From: Nitrosomonas sp.
GTDB taxonomy: Bacteria > Pseudomonadota > Gammaproteobacteria > Burkholderiales > Nitrosomonadaceae
Direction: 5' to 3'
NCBI GenBank assembly: GCA_024281995.1
Contig: JAMWZW010000008.1
Location: forward strand, 29,806-93,805
Length of the DNA stretch: 64,000 nucleotides
Shown one piece after another: positions 9,614 to 19,579 of the stretch. A model generated the notes under the pieces. It ran no database searches. It was given only the letters and a program-made list of their open reading frames with translations, and was not told where the DNA came from. Made by a program: the position numbers and the translations under genes. Each line of letters starts with the position of its first letter. Position 1 is the stretch's first letter.

Positions 9614-10519
9614 ATGGCAAATATAGGTTTTATCGGGCTCGGCATCATGGGCAAGCCTATGGCCGGGCACCTGATCAAGGGCGGGCACAGTTTATTTTTA
9701 CAGTCACGCAGTGGCGTGCCTGCTGAGTTGGTTGCGCTGGGCGGTAAGGCATTAGCTTTGCCCAAAGTAGTGGCGCGGCACGCGGATATTATTATCACCA
9801 TGCTTCCCGATACGCCGGATGTGGAAAAAGTATTGTTTGCAGAGGATGGTGTTATTGATGGCCTGGAGCCGCATGCTGATCAAGCCAAGATCATCGTGGA
9901 CATGAGTTCCATCTCCCCGCTGGAAACGCGTAAGTTTGCGGCACGAATCAATGCATTTGGACATGATTATGTCGATGCGCCGGTTTCCGGTGGCGATGTG
10001 GGCGCGCAGAATGCTACGTTGACTATTATGGCCGGAGCCACGGCCGCTACCTTTGACAAAGTGAAACCGATATTCGAATTATTGGGAAAAAGCGTGACGC
10101 ATATCGGCGAAGTCGGTGCCGGGCAGGTTTGCAAGATCGCTAATCAGATAGTTGTATCATCAGCCATCGAAGCGGTGGCTGAGGCGTTGTTATTTGCATC
10201 CAAAGCTGGCGCGGATCCTGAAAAAGTGCGACAGGCTTTGATGGGTGGGTTTGCAGCGTCGCGCGTGCTGGAGGTGCATGGGGAGCGCATGATTCAGCGG
10301 CGTTTCGAGCCGGGTTTCCGCATCGAATTACACCAAAAGGATCTGAATATTGCGTTGGCAAGCGCTTTCGAGCTGGGTGTAAGTTTGCCCAATACTGCAA
10401 CGGTGCGCGAATTATTTTCGGCATGTCTCGCGCATGGTGGTGCAAAATGGGATAATTCAGCCATTGTAAAAATGCTGGAAAAATTGGCTAATCACGAAAT
10501 TCAAAAATATCCGGAATAA
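9614..10519 (+). CDS. glxR: 2-hydroxy-3-oxopropionate (tartronate semialdehyde) reductase
   Basis: IGFIGLGIMGKPMA Rossmann motif, DAPVSGG, GQVCKIANQ, FRIELHQKDL. Confidence 0.85.
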   Translation: MANIGFIGLGIMGKPMAGHLIKGGHSLFLQSRSGVPAELVALGGKALALPKVVARHADIIITMLPDTPDVEKVLFAEDGVIDGLEPHADQAKIIVDMSSISPLETRKFAARINAFGHDYVDAPVSGGDVGAQNATLTIMAGATAATFDKVKPIFELLGKSVTHIGEVGAGQVCKIANQIVVSSAIEAVAEALLFASKAGADPEKVRQALMGGFAASRVLEVHGERMIQRRFEPGFRIELHQKDLNIALASAFELGVSLPNTATVRELFSACLAHGGAKWDNSAIVKMLEKLANHEIQKYPE

Positions 10520-10523
10520 TTGC

Positions 10524-11978
10524 ATGGCTGTTCATGAACTTATCCAAAATCTGAGATCTTTCTTACCCGCTGAGGCGGTATTGTATGAAGCCGAAGATTT
10601 AAAACCTTATGAATGCGACGGTTTGTCGGCTTACCGGCAACTGCCGATGGTGGTGGTATTACCGGAAAACGAGGAACAGGTCGTTAAGGTTTTACAACTG
10701 TGCCATGCAGCACAAACGCCTGTGGTGGCGCGCGGTGCGGGTACCGGCTTATCGGGAGGCGCATTACCGCATGCGCAAGGTGTTTTATTGTCACTGGCAA
10801 AATTGAATCGAATCATCAATGTCGATCCGCTTGCGCGCACCGCACGGGTGCAGCCAGGTGTACGGAATTTGGCAATCAGCGAAGCCGCCGCACCTTATGG
10901 TTTGTATTATGCGCCAGACCCTTCGTCGCAAATTGCTTGTTCGATTGGCGGCAATGTAGCAGAAAACTCAGGCGGCGTGCATTGCCTTAAATATGGCCTT
11001 ACGGTGCATAACATTCTCAAATTACGTGTTTTGACTGTTGACGGAGAGCGCCTGGATATCGGTAGTGAAGGTCTGGACAGTGCAGGATACGATTTGCTTG
11101 CATTGATGACAGGCAGTGAAGGTATGTTGGGTATCGTCACGGAAATTACTGTGAAATTGATCCCGATTCCGGAAAAAGCGCAGTTGGTGATGGCTGCGTT
11201 TGACGATGTGCAAAAAGCGGGTAACGCGGTGGCGAATGTGATTGCTGCGGGCATCATTCCTGCTGGCATGGAAATGATGGATAAAATTACTATTCATGCG
11301 GTGGAAGAATTTTTGCATGCCGGTTATGACCTGGATGCGCAAGCTATTTTACTGTGCGAATCCGATGGTAGCGCCGAAGAGGTAGTCACAGAAATTCAGC
11401 GCATCCATGACATCATGCGGCAAAGTGGTGCAATTACCATCAGCACCTCGCGCAACGAAGCGGAGCGGCTCAAACTCTGGGCGGGGCGTAAGGCGGCATT
11501 TCCCGCGGCAGGCCGGGTTTCGCCTGACTACTACTGCATGGACGGCACTATTCCGCGCAAGCATTTGGCCGATGTGTTGCGTGGCATAGAACAACTTTCA
11601 CAGGAATATGGCTTGCGTTGCATGAATGTGTTTCATGCCGGCGACGGCAATCTACATCCTCTCATTTTGTATGATGCCAATCAACCGGGCGAATTGGAGA
11701 AAACCGAAGAATTTGGCGGGAAAATATTACAGATGTGCATTGATGCTGGTGGAACAATTACCGGAGAGCATGGCGTGGGGATGGAAAAAATCAATCAAAT
11801 GTGTTCACAATTCAGAACCAGTGAGTTGGAAATATTTCATGCGGTCAAAGCGGCATTTGATCCGGCTGGGTTGCTTAATCCCGGCAAAGCCGTGCCCACC
11901 TTGCATCGTTGCGCGGAATTGGGTGCTATGCATGTGCATCAGGGTGAAGAGAAATTCGCCGAATTGCCGCGTTTCTAA
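10524..11978 (+). CDS. glcD: glycolate oxidase subunit GlcD
   Basis: YECDGLSAYRQLP, PDPSSQIACSIGGNVAENSGGVHCLKYG, HAGDGNLHP, GEHGVG; first gene of glcDEF. Confidence 0.95.
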   Translation: MAVHELIQNLRSFLPAEAVLYEAEDLKPYECDGLSAYRQLPMVVVLPENEEQVVKVLQLCHAAQTPVVARGAGTGLSGGALPHAQGVLLSLAKLNRIINVDPLARTARVQPGVRNLAISEAAAPYGLYYAPDPSSQIACSIGGNVAENSGGVHCLKYGLTVHNILKLRVLTVDGERLDIGSEGLDSAGYDLLALMTGSEGMLGIVTEITVKLIPIPEKAQLVMAAFDDVQKAGNAVANVIAAGIIPAGMEMMDKITIHAVEEFLHAGYDLDAQAILLCESDGSAEEVVTEIQRIHDIMRQSGAITISTSRNEAERLKLWAGRKAAFPAAGRVSPDYYCMDGTIPRKHLADVLRGIEQLSQEYGLRCMNVFHAGDGNLHPLILYDANQPGELEKTEEFGGKILQMCIDAGGTITGEHGVGMEKINQMCSQFRTSELEIFHAVKAAFDPAGLLNPGKAVPTLHRCAELGAMHVHQGEEKFAELPRF

Positions 11979-11983
11979 ATACC

Positions 11984-13057
11984 ATGCTAGCTATTATTAA
12001 TGAATATATCGCAGCCATACATAAAGCGGCTGAAACTAAAATTCCACTGAAGATAAGCGGTGGCGGTACTAAGCATTTTTACGGCAATGCAATGACCAAA
12101 CAGGACATTGCATTGCTGGATATGAACAATTATCACGGCATTGTTGATTATGAGCCGACAGAACTGGTGATTACAGCGCGTGCCGGTACCCGGCTAACGG
12201 ATCTGGAAGCTATGCTTGCACAGCACGGGCAAATGCTGGCGTTTGAACCTCCCCATTTTGGTGAACTGGCTACGCTGGGAGGATGCGTGGCAAGCGGCTT
12301 GTCGGGGCCGCGCCGCGCTAGTGCCGGTTCGGTGCGCGATTATGTGCTGGGTGTGCGCATGCTGGATGGGCAAGGCAAGGATTTAAGTTTTGGCGGGCAA
12401 GTCATGAAAAATGTTGCGGGTTACGATATTTCCAGGTTAATGACGGGCTCAATGGGAACGCTGGGTGTGTTGCTTGAAGTTTCGCTGAAGGTTTTACCCA
12501 AACCGGCAACTGAAATGACGTTGCGCATGTCATTGCATGAAGCGGCAGCAATCGAGAAAATGAATCAATGGGCCAGTAAACCGTTACCCATTTCTGCGAC
12601 GTGTTATACCGCCGGCGAGCTCTTTTTGAGACTTTCGGGTGCTCAGTCCGCAGTGCGTGCAGCGCAATTGAAATTAGGCGGCGAAGCGCTGCATGACGGC
12701 GAAGTCTTTTGGCACACGATACGCGAGCAAACACATGCTTTTTTTCAGTCAGACAAACCGCTGTGGCGTTTATCCATTCAATCCACTGCAGCGCCCATGA
12801 CATTGCTTGGTAAGCAGCTAATCGAGTGGAATGGCGGTTTACGATGGTTACAATCTGGCGATGAAGCAGAAACAAAAGTTATACGTAACGCCGCAGAAAA
12901 GGCGGGCGGTCATGCCACGTTGTTTCGTAATAATAACCAGCGTATTGGCGTATTTCATCCGCTTCCTCCCGCTATGATGAAGATTCACCGTTCATTGAAA
13001 GAAAAATTTGATCCACTGGGAATCTTCAATCCCGGCCGGCTTTACTCTGAGATTTAA
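11984..13057 (+). CDS. glcE: glycolate oxidase subunit GlcE
   Basis: YEPTELVITARAGT, LAFEPPHFG, GGQVMKNVAGYD, FDPLGIFNPGR. Confidence 0.95.
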   Translation: MLAIINEYIAAIHKAAETKIPLKISGGGTKHFYGNAMTKQDIALLDMNNYHGIVDYEPTELVITARAGTRLTDLEAMLAQHGQMLAFEPPHFGELATLGGCVASGLSGPRRASAGSVRDYVLGVRMLDGQGKDLSFGGQVMKNVAGYDISRLMTGSMGTLGVLLEVSLKVLPKPATEMTLRMSLHEAAAIEKMNQWASKPLPISATCYTAGELFLRLSGAQSAVRAAQLKLGGEALHDGEVFWHTIREQTHAFFQSDKPLWRLSIQSTAAPMTLLGKQLIEWNGGLRWLQSGDEAETKVIRNAAEKAGGHATLFRNNNQRIGVFHPLPPAMMKIHRSLKEKFDPLGIFNPGRLYSEI

Positions 13058-14305
13058 ATGCAAACCAAACTCGTAGACTTTATAAAAAATTCTCCACAAG
13101 GACAGGAAGCGGATGCCATTTTGCGCAGTTGCGTGCATTGCGGTTTTTGTCTGGCGACTTGCCCGACTTATCAGATTCTTGGTGACGAGCTCGATAGTCC
13201 GCGCGGTCGTATTTATCTAATGAAGCAAATGCTGGAAGGGCAGCCTGTTACGCAAAAAACGCAATTGCACCTTGATCGCTGCCTGACTTGCCGCGCCTGT
13301 GAAACAACTTGTCCTTCGGGTGTGCGCTACGGTGCATTGGTGGACATCAGCCGCGGTATCGTTGAAAAGCGGGTAAAGCGCAGTTTCCGTTCTGATTTTG
13401 TACGCTATACGTTGCGCAAAATTTTACCTAATCCATTATTGTTTAATACATTATTTAAGGCTGGACAGGCAGTGCGCGCGATTTTGCCAGGAAAACTGAA
13501 AAGTAAAATTCCGCCCAAACTCAGTCCCGCTAAATTATGGCCTACAGAGCAGCATACACGCAAAATGCTGGCACTTGATGGCTGTGTGCAACCGGCAATG
13601 GCACCTAATATCAACGCTGCTACCGCACGTGTGTTGAATAATTTGGGCATATCGCTAATCACGGCTGCAAATGCCGGGTGTTGCGGGGCTGTTACTTTTC
13701 ACTTGAATGCACAGGAGGAAGGATTGGATTACATGCGCCGCAATATCGATGCGTGGTGGCCATTGGTAGCGCAAAGCGAAGTTGAGGCGATAGTGGTGAC
13801 AGCCAGTGGTTGTGGCGTAACTGTGAAAGACTATGGACATTTATTGCAGCATGATCCGGTCTATGCAAAAAAAGCGGCTGATATTTCGGCACTTGCTAAG
13901 GATATCAGTGAAATAATTCATGCTGAATTAGAAAATATTAAGTTATTGCTGGATAAGCACAACGGTAATGCACGTAAAATGAAATTGTCTTTTCATTCGC
14001 CTTGTACTTTGCAGCATGGTATGAAAATTCGCGGTGTTGTGGAAGACATTCTGATTAATATTGGTTTTGATTTGACCTCTGTTCCTAATAGTCATTTATG
14101 CTGCGGCTCAGCAGGCACCTATTCGATATTGCAGCCTGACTTGTCACAACAATTACTAAAAAGTAAAGTACTCGCTTTAGAATCAGGCAAACCGGAGCAG
14201 ATTGCTACCGCTAATATTGGATGCTTAGTGCATTTGCAAAGTGGTACAGCAGTACCCGTGAAACATTGGATTGAATTATTGGACGAATACTTGCTCAGCG
14301 TATAA
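13058..14305 (+). CDS. glcF: glycolate oxidase iron-sulfur subunit GlcF
   Basis: CVHCGFCLATCP and CLTCRACETTCP 4Fe-4S motifs; two CCG domains. Confidence 0.95.
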   Translation: MQTKLVDFIKNSPQGQEADAILRSCVHCGFCLATCPTYQILGDELDSPRGRIYLMKQMLEGQPVTQKTQLHLDRCLTCRACETTCPSGVRYGALVDISRGIVEKRVKRSFRSDFVRYTLRKILPNPLLFNTLFKAGQAVRAILPGKLKSKIPPKLSPAKLWPTEQHTRKMLALDGCVQPAMAPNINAATARVLNNLGISLITAANAGCCGAVTFHLNAQEEGLDYMRRNIDAWWPLVAQSEVEAIVVTASGCGVTVKDYGHLLQHDPVYAKKAADISALAKDISEIIHAELENIKLLLDKHNGNARKMKLSFHSPCTLQHGMKIRGVVEDILINIGFDLTSVPNSHLCCGSAGTYSILQPDLSQQLLKSKVLALESGKPEQIATANIGCLVHLQSGTAVPVKHWIELLDEYLLSV

Positions 14306-14454
14306 ATATCGCAGGATTTTCACAACCAAGAACCTGAAATCAAAGATTTTCATTTTGAAGTAATTAAAAACTTGCTTGAATGATCACTTAAGTTCGTTAT
14401 ATACTGCTCCCCTTAATTTAAATAATTAAAGAACTTTATAAGGAAAACTACATA

Positions 14455-14676
14455 ATGAAATATACTCTTCTGGCAGCATTCTTACTGGCATTAACATTAT
14501 CTGCATGCGGTGGCAAACCTAGTCAAGCACTACCTGAAACAGAAAAAGAAAACTACGAAAAGATGATGCGTGGTGAGCAAGTTGATTGTCCGCATGGATT
14601 GGATGGTAATGGAAATTGCTTGAAAGAAGGCGCGGATCCTCGTCCATATGGTGGAAGCAGCAAACCTGGTCATTAA
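14455..14676 (+). CDS. small lipoprotein (73 aa), unknown function
   Basis: AGGA ribosome-binding site, lipobox LSAC, own downstream terminator. Confidence 0.8.
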   Translation: MKYTLLAAFLLALTLSACGGKPSQALPETEKENYEKMMRGEQVDCPHGLDGNGNCLKEGADPRPYGGSSKPGH

Positions 14677-14727
14677 AAAGAATTCTCTTTTTAATAAAAA
14701 AACCGCCGATTTGGCGGTTTTTTTATT
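14672..14727. terminator. bidirectional rho-independent terminator preceded by a second AT-rich hairpin
   Basis: AATAAAAAAACCGCC-GATTT-GGCGGTTTTTTTATT (14693-14727, perfect 15-bp arms) between convergent genes; also ATTAAAAAGA-ATTC-TCTTTTTAAT (14672-14695). Confidence 0.9.
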
Positions 14728-14767
14728 CGAAAACAGAATATGAGCTTTATTCTTCTCTTTATTCTGT

Positions 14768-15931
14768 TTATCTCAGTTGTTCATGTAATAATTTTAGAAT
14801 ACGGTCTGTAGTCGCAGAATTAACGGCTGTTCCGTCATCATTAAGTAAGGTGACGTTGCTGGCATTTGTTCCGGTATTATTAACTTGTATACGGTATTTT
14901 GCCGCTTTCGCACCGTCTTTGTCATTATCATTTCGCCAGAACATTATTCCCGACAGCAATCCTTTGTCATCGCCAGTCTTTTTGGCATCTTTGTCAGGAT
15001 TAAGATAACGTACATAATAAATCCCTTCGACACGATTTCGATCTTCAACGGTAAAGCCAATACGGTCAAGAGCCAATCCCACGCGCCGCCATGATCGATC
15101 AAATGCTTCATTAATGATCAATGTATTTCCTGTTTCACGATCAATATAGGCGCGCTCTTGAGTTGAGCTTCTGCTGGTAGTGAGCTCCAATTTAGCTTTT
15201 TCTTCCGCGACACCAAAGCGCATCATTAAACGTGATAGCATTTCAGCTTCCAGATCTGGATCAGCAGGTCTTGGTTGCCAGACTGTGCGATTAAGATTGC
15301 CACCTTCTAACACTTCATTCATGCCGCGATGGCTGATATATATTTCAGTGTTACCTAATTCATTTCGTTCCAAACGCGTACGAAATTTATCACGCTCTGC
15401 TGTGGAATATATGCTATCAAGAAAAGTAGAAAGAATGGTTCGCAATGGATCTTGTGGAATTTTTGCTCGATTTTCAGCCCAATCGGTTTCCATAATGCCG
15501 GTTTCAGGGGCTTCTATTTTGATCAGAAAACCGAGTTCTTGCCAAAATTCCTTTACGATCGGCCACACGACTTCAGGTGCTTGTGGTACAACCAGCCAAC
15601 GTTGCGTGCCGGCACGTTCGATATGAACATTTTGGAATGAAGATGGTACCAACGAATGTGAACCGGTTTTGAATTGTCCGCCGCGCTCACTATTGTAGTT
15701 GGAAAATGTCGTACTTCCTGGTGAATCAGAATCCGGAATTGAGTATCGTTCATCAATCTCAGGTGTAATGAGATCCGGGGGTATTTCTAATGGGGGTAAT
15801 TTCCCTGCTGATTTATATTCAACCGTTTTTGTCTCTGGAAACAATTGGAACGTGTTACAACCAGTGTTCAATAATGAAAGCGCCATTGCCACTGACGGCA
15901 CAACTACTTTCCGCCATTTTGTTGTTGACAT
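14768..15931 (-). CDS. bamC: outer membrane protein assembly factor BamC (NlpB/DapX) lipoprotein
   Basis: Lipobox, LPPLEIPPDL, GIMETDWAENRAKIP, AWRRVGLALDR-like motif (SWRRVGLALDRIGFTVEDRNR); directly downstream of dapA. Confidence 0.92.
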   Translation of the reverse strand: MSTTKWRKVVVPSVAMALSLLNTGCNTFQLFPETKTVEYKSAGKLPPLEIPPDLITPEIDERYSIPDSDSPGSTTFSNYNSERGGQFKTGSHSLVPSSFQNVHIERAGTQRWLVVPQAPEVVWPIVKEFWQELGFLIKIEAPETGIMETDWAENRAKIPQDPLRTILSTFLDSIYSTAERDKFRTRLERNELGNTEIYISHRGMNEVLEGGNLNRTVWQPRPADPDLEAEMLSRLMMRFGVAEEKAKLELTTSRSSTQERAYIDRETGNTLIINEAFDRSWRRVGLALDRIGFTVEDRNRVEGIYYVRYLNPDKDAKKTGDDKGLLSGIMFWRNDNDKDGAKAAKYRIQVNNTGTNASNVTLLNDDGTAVNSATTDRILKLLHEQLR

Positions 15932-15932
15932 C

Positions 15933-16820
15933 TTACTCCTTTACTTCAGGGATATTGGCCAATTGCATTGCTTCTAGAATAAGCTGATGATATTGATTCG
16001 ATAATGGGGTGAGGGGTAAGCGAATTCCAGGATTTATTAAACCCATTTGGGTGACAGCCCATTTAACTGGAATTGGATTAGCTTCAACAAACAGATCGGT
16101 ATGTAATCGCAGCAGTTTGTTGTTAAGCGTTCGTGCCGTATTCAAATCGCCAGAAAATGCGGCGATACACATATCATGCATCATTTTTGGAGCTACATTT
16201 GCTGTAACTGAAATAATGCCATGTGCACCCAGCAACAGTAGCGCTAACGCGCTGCCGTCATCTCCGCTGTAGATGGAAAATCCTGATGGTGCGCGAAACA
16301 ATAGATCACAACCACGTCCAATATCTCCTGTCGCATCTTTAATGCCAACAATATTGGGAATCTGTGCGAGGCGTAATGCTGTATCGTTTTGAATATCCGC
16401 AACGGTTCTACCGGGAACGTTATATAAAATATGAGGAATTTCAACCGCTTCTGCAATAGCTTTGAAGTGTTGATACAGCCCTTCCTGGGTAGGCTTGTTG
16501 TAATAGGGTGCAACCGATAGACAGGCATCTACGCCGGCATTTTTTGCAAAAATTGATAAATCGATAGCTTCACGTGTTGAATTGGCGCCCGTGCCCGCAA
16601 TTACCGGTATCCGGCCCGCGACATGATCAACTGCTGTTTTCATCAGCAAATGGTGTTCATCAAAGTCTACTGTCGGAGATTCTCCGGTAGTGCCAACCAC
16701 CACTACGCCATCGCTACCCTGTACGATATGGAAATCGAGTAAAGAGCGGAATCGATCCAGGTCTAATCCGCCATCCTCATGCATAGGGGTAACGATGGCA
16801 ACTAAGCTACCTTTAAACAT
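15933..16820 (-). CDS. dapA: 4-hydroxy-tetrahydrodipicolinate synthase
   Basis: [39 protein letters not shown]. Confidence 0.97.
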   Translation of the reverse strand: MFKGSLVAIVTPMHEDGGLDLDRFRSLLDFHIVQGSDGVVVVGTTGESPTVDFDEHHLLMKTAVDHVAGRIPVIAGTGANSTREAIDLSIFAKNAGVDACLSVAPYYNKPTQEGLYQHFKAIAEAVEIPHILYNVPGRTVADIQNDTALRLAQIPNIVGIKDATGDIGRGCDLLFRAPSGFSIYSGDDGSALALLLLGAHGIISVTANVAPKMMHDMCIAAFSGDLNTARTLNNKLLRLHTDLFVEANPIPVKWAVTQMGLINPGIRLPLTPLSNQYHQLILEAMQLANIPEVKE

Positions 16821-16900
16821 GACGAGCTATCCAATAAAAAAATGATATTTTACCCGAATATCATTAAGACGCTATGTTTTAATCTGCTAACGTCAAAATC

Positions 16901-19513
16901 TCAATCATTGATTCTGGAGAAATTCATTTTATTGTCATAGTAATCAACTTTGATGGTATCTTTTGCGACAAAATTACCTTCAAGAATTTCTTTAGCTAGC
17001 GGATTCTCAATTTGAGCTTGAATCGCACGTTTAAGCGGCCGCGCACCAAACACAGGATCAAAGCCGGCTTGAGAAAGTGCTGATAGCGCTGCTTCGCTGA
17101 TTTCGAGTCGCATTTCCAGTTTAGCCAATCGTGCTTCAAGATAGTGCAACTGTATTTTTGCGATGGACTCGATATGCCTTTCATCCAACGCGTGAAATAC
17201 TACCACTTCATCAATACGATTAATAAATTCCGGACGGAAATGCGTTTTGACTTCCGTCATGACAGCTTGTTTAATCGCTTGATATTCGTTTCGCGACATT
17301 TCCTGGATCATTTGCGATCCCAGATTGGAAGTCATGACAATAACAGTGTTCTTGAAATCAACCGTACGTCCTTGGCCATCAGTCATACGTCCATCATCTA
17401 GAACTTGCAGCAATACATTAAATACGTCGGGGTGTGCTTTTTCCACTTCATCCAACAAAATAACGGCGTATGGCTTTCTGCGTACGAGCTCCGTCAAATA
17501 ACCACCTTCTTCATAACCGACATAGCCAGGGGGGGCTCCAATCAGTCGTGCTACAGAATGTTTTTCCATGAATTCTGACATGTCGACGCGTATTAAATGA
17601 TCTTCGGAATCAAACAGAAAACCAGCCAGTGCCTTACAAAGTTCAGTTTTTCCCACACCTGTGGGGCCAAGGAATAGAAATGAACCATAAGGCCTGTTCG
17701 GGTCTGCCAAACCCGCACGGGAACGTCGAATCGCATCAGATACCAAGCGTACGGCTTCATCCTGACCTACTACCCGATCATGCAGTTTTTGCTCCATCAG
17801 AAGTAGTTTTTCGCGCTCACCCTGCATCATTTTGGAGACAGGGATGCCTGTTGCGCGAGATACTACTTCAGCAATTTCTTCCGCGCCAACCTGCGTGCGT
17901 AATAGCTTAGGAGCTGAGGTGGTCGTGCTTGAACCGCCTTCTGCAGCTTGTTTCTGATCGCTGAGTTGTGACTGTAGTTGCGCTTCTAATTGAGGAAGGC
18001 GGCCATATTGTAATTCTGATACTTTTTGCCAATCTCCCTTACGCGTTGCAGTTTCTATTTCCAGTTTGATTTTTTCCATTTCTTCTTTGATTTGCTGGGA
18101 GCCCTGCACATGAAATTTTTCAGTTTTCCAAATTTCAGCTAAATCAGCGTATTCGCGCTCTTTTTGTTTGATTTCTTCTTCGAGTAATTGCAGACGTTTT
18201 TGCGAAGCTTCGTCTTTTTCCTTTTTAATGGCTTCGCGTTCAATTTTAAGTTGTATCAAGCGCCGATCAAGCTTATCCATTGCTTCTGGCTTGGAGTCAA
18301 TTTCCATGCGGATACGTGCCGCGGCTTCATCAATCAAATCAATTGCTTTATCGGGCAGGAAACGATCGGTAATATAACGGTTGGATAATTCTGCAGCAGC
18401 AACTATGGCAGGATCCGTAATATCTACACCGTGATGAACCTCGTATTTTTCTTGCAAGCCGCGCAGGATTGCGATAGTTGCTTCCACTGTGGGTTCTTCT
18501 ACCAATACTTTCTGGAAACGCCGCTCAAGCGCAGCATCTTTTTCGATATATTTGCGGTATTCATCTAATGTAGTGGCACCAACGCAATGTAACTCACCCC
18601 GCGCCAAAGCGGGCTTTAGCATATTACCCGCATCCATTGCGCCTTCCGCTTTACCTGCTCCAACCATGGTATGCAATTCGTCAATGAATACAATCGTTTT
18701 GCCTTCGTCCTGTGCAAGCTCTTTCAATACAGATTTGAGGCGCTCCTCAAATTCGCCGCGGTATTTCGCACCAGCCAGTAGTGCGGCCATGTCTAAAACA
18801 AGAACGCGCTTATCTTTCAGACTTTCAGGAACTTCACCATTGATAATGCGTTGTGCCAAACCTTCAACAATTGCGGTTTTACCTACGCCGGGTTCGCCAA
18901 TGAGTACAGGATTATTTTTTGTACGCCGCTGCAATACTTGGATCGCACGACGAATTTCATCATCTCGTCCAATCACCGGATCCAATTTTCCTTGCCGCGC
19001 ACGTTCGGTAAGGTCTAATGTGTATTTTTTCAGAGCCTCGCGACTGCCTTCAGCTTCGGCGCTGCTCACTTGTTCGCCACCTCGGATGGTATTGATGGCT
19101 TTCTCCAGTGCTGCATAATTAGCGCCGTACTGTTTGAGTAAAGCGCCTATTTCGCCTTTATCCTGTAGCATTGCGAGCAGAAACATTTCTGAAGCAATAA
19201 ATTGATCATTGCGTTTTTGCGCTTCTTTGTCTGCCACATTGAGAAGATTATTCAGGGTACGGGAGATAGTAACTTCTCCTTCTGAATTATCAATTTTAGG
19301 CAAGCGATTAACACTCTGTTTGAGGTTTTCTATCAGGGGAGCGACATTGACTCCCGAGCGCTGTAGTAATGACAATGTACTGCCATCGTCTTGCTGCAAT
19401 AACGCCAGCAATAGATGTTGTGGTTCAATGGTTGGATTATCCTGGCCGACCGCGATACTTTGCGCATCTGCAATGGCTTGTTGAAACTTGGTGGTTAGTT
19501 TATCAAAACGCAT
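16901..19513 (-). CDS. clpB: ATP-dependent chaperone ClpB
   Basis: Two AAA+ modules ([16 protein letters not shown]), coiled-coil M domain, GARPLKR. Confidence 0.98.
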   Translation of the reverse strand: MRFDKLTTKFQQAIADAQSIAVGQDNPTIEPQHLLLALLQQDDGSTLSLLQRSGVNVAPLIENLKQSVNRLPKIDNSEGEVTISRTLNNLLNVADKEAQKRNDQFIASEMFLLAMLQDKGEIGALLKQYGANYAALEKAINTIRGGEQVSSAEAEGSREALKKYTLDLTERARQGKLDPVIGRDDEIRRAIQVLQRRTKNNPVLIGEPGVGKTAIVEGLAQRIINGEVPESLKDKRVLVLDMAALLAGAKYRGEFEERLKSVLKELAQDEGKTIVFIDELHTMVGAGKAEGAMDAGNMLKPALARGELHCVGATTLDEYRKYIEKDAALERRFQKVLVEEPTVEATIAILRGLQEKYEVHHGVDITDPAIVAAAELSNRYITDRFLPDKAIDLIDEAAARIRMEIDSKPEAMDKLDRRLIQLKIEREAIKKEKDEASQKRLQLLEEEIKQKEREYADLAEIWKTEKFHVQGSQQIKEEMEKIKLEIETATRKGDWQKVSELQYGRLPQLEAQLQSQLSDQKQAAEGGSSTTTSAPKLLRTQVGAEEIAEVVSRATGIPVSKMMQGEREKLLLMEQKLHDRVVGQDEAVRLVSDAIRRSRAGLADPNRPYGSFLFLGPTGVGKTELCKALAGFLFDSEDHLIRVDMSEFMEKHSVARLIGAPPGYVGYEEGGYLTELVRRKPYAVILLDEVEKAHPDVFNVLLQVLDDGRMTDGQGRTVDFKNTVIVMTSNLGSQMIQEMSRNEYQAIKQAVMTEVKTHFRPEFINRIDEVVVFHALDERHIESIAKIQLHYLEARLAKLEMRLEISEAALSALSQAGFDPVFGARPLKRAIQAQIENPLAKEILEGNFVAKDTIKVDYYDNKMNFSRIND

Positions 19514-19543
19514 GAAATTCTCCCTCGCTAGATTATTGATCCC

Positions 19544-19573
19544 TAAGTGGGGTAAGAGAGGCGAAATTTCAAG
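19544..19573 (-). promoter_or_regulatory. sigma-32 (RpoH) heat-shock promoter of clpB
   Basis: The minus strand reads CTTGAAA-N14-CCCCACTTA, matching the CTTGAAA / CCCCATNTA consensus with one mismatch, about 30 nt upstream of the clpB ATG. Confidence 0.8.
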
Positions 19574-19579
19574 AGCGGA

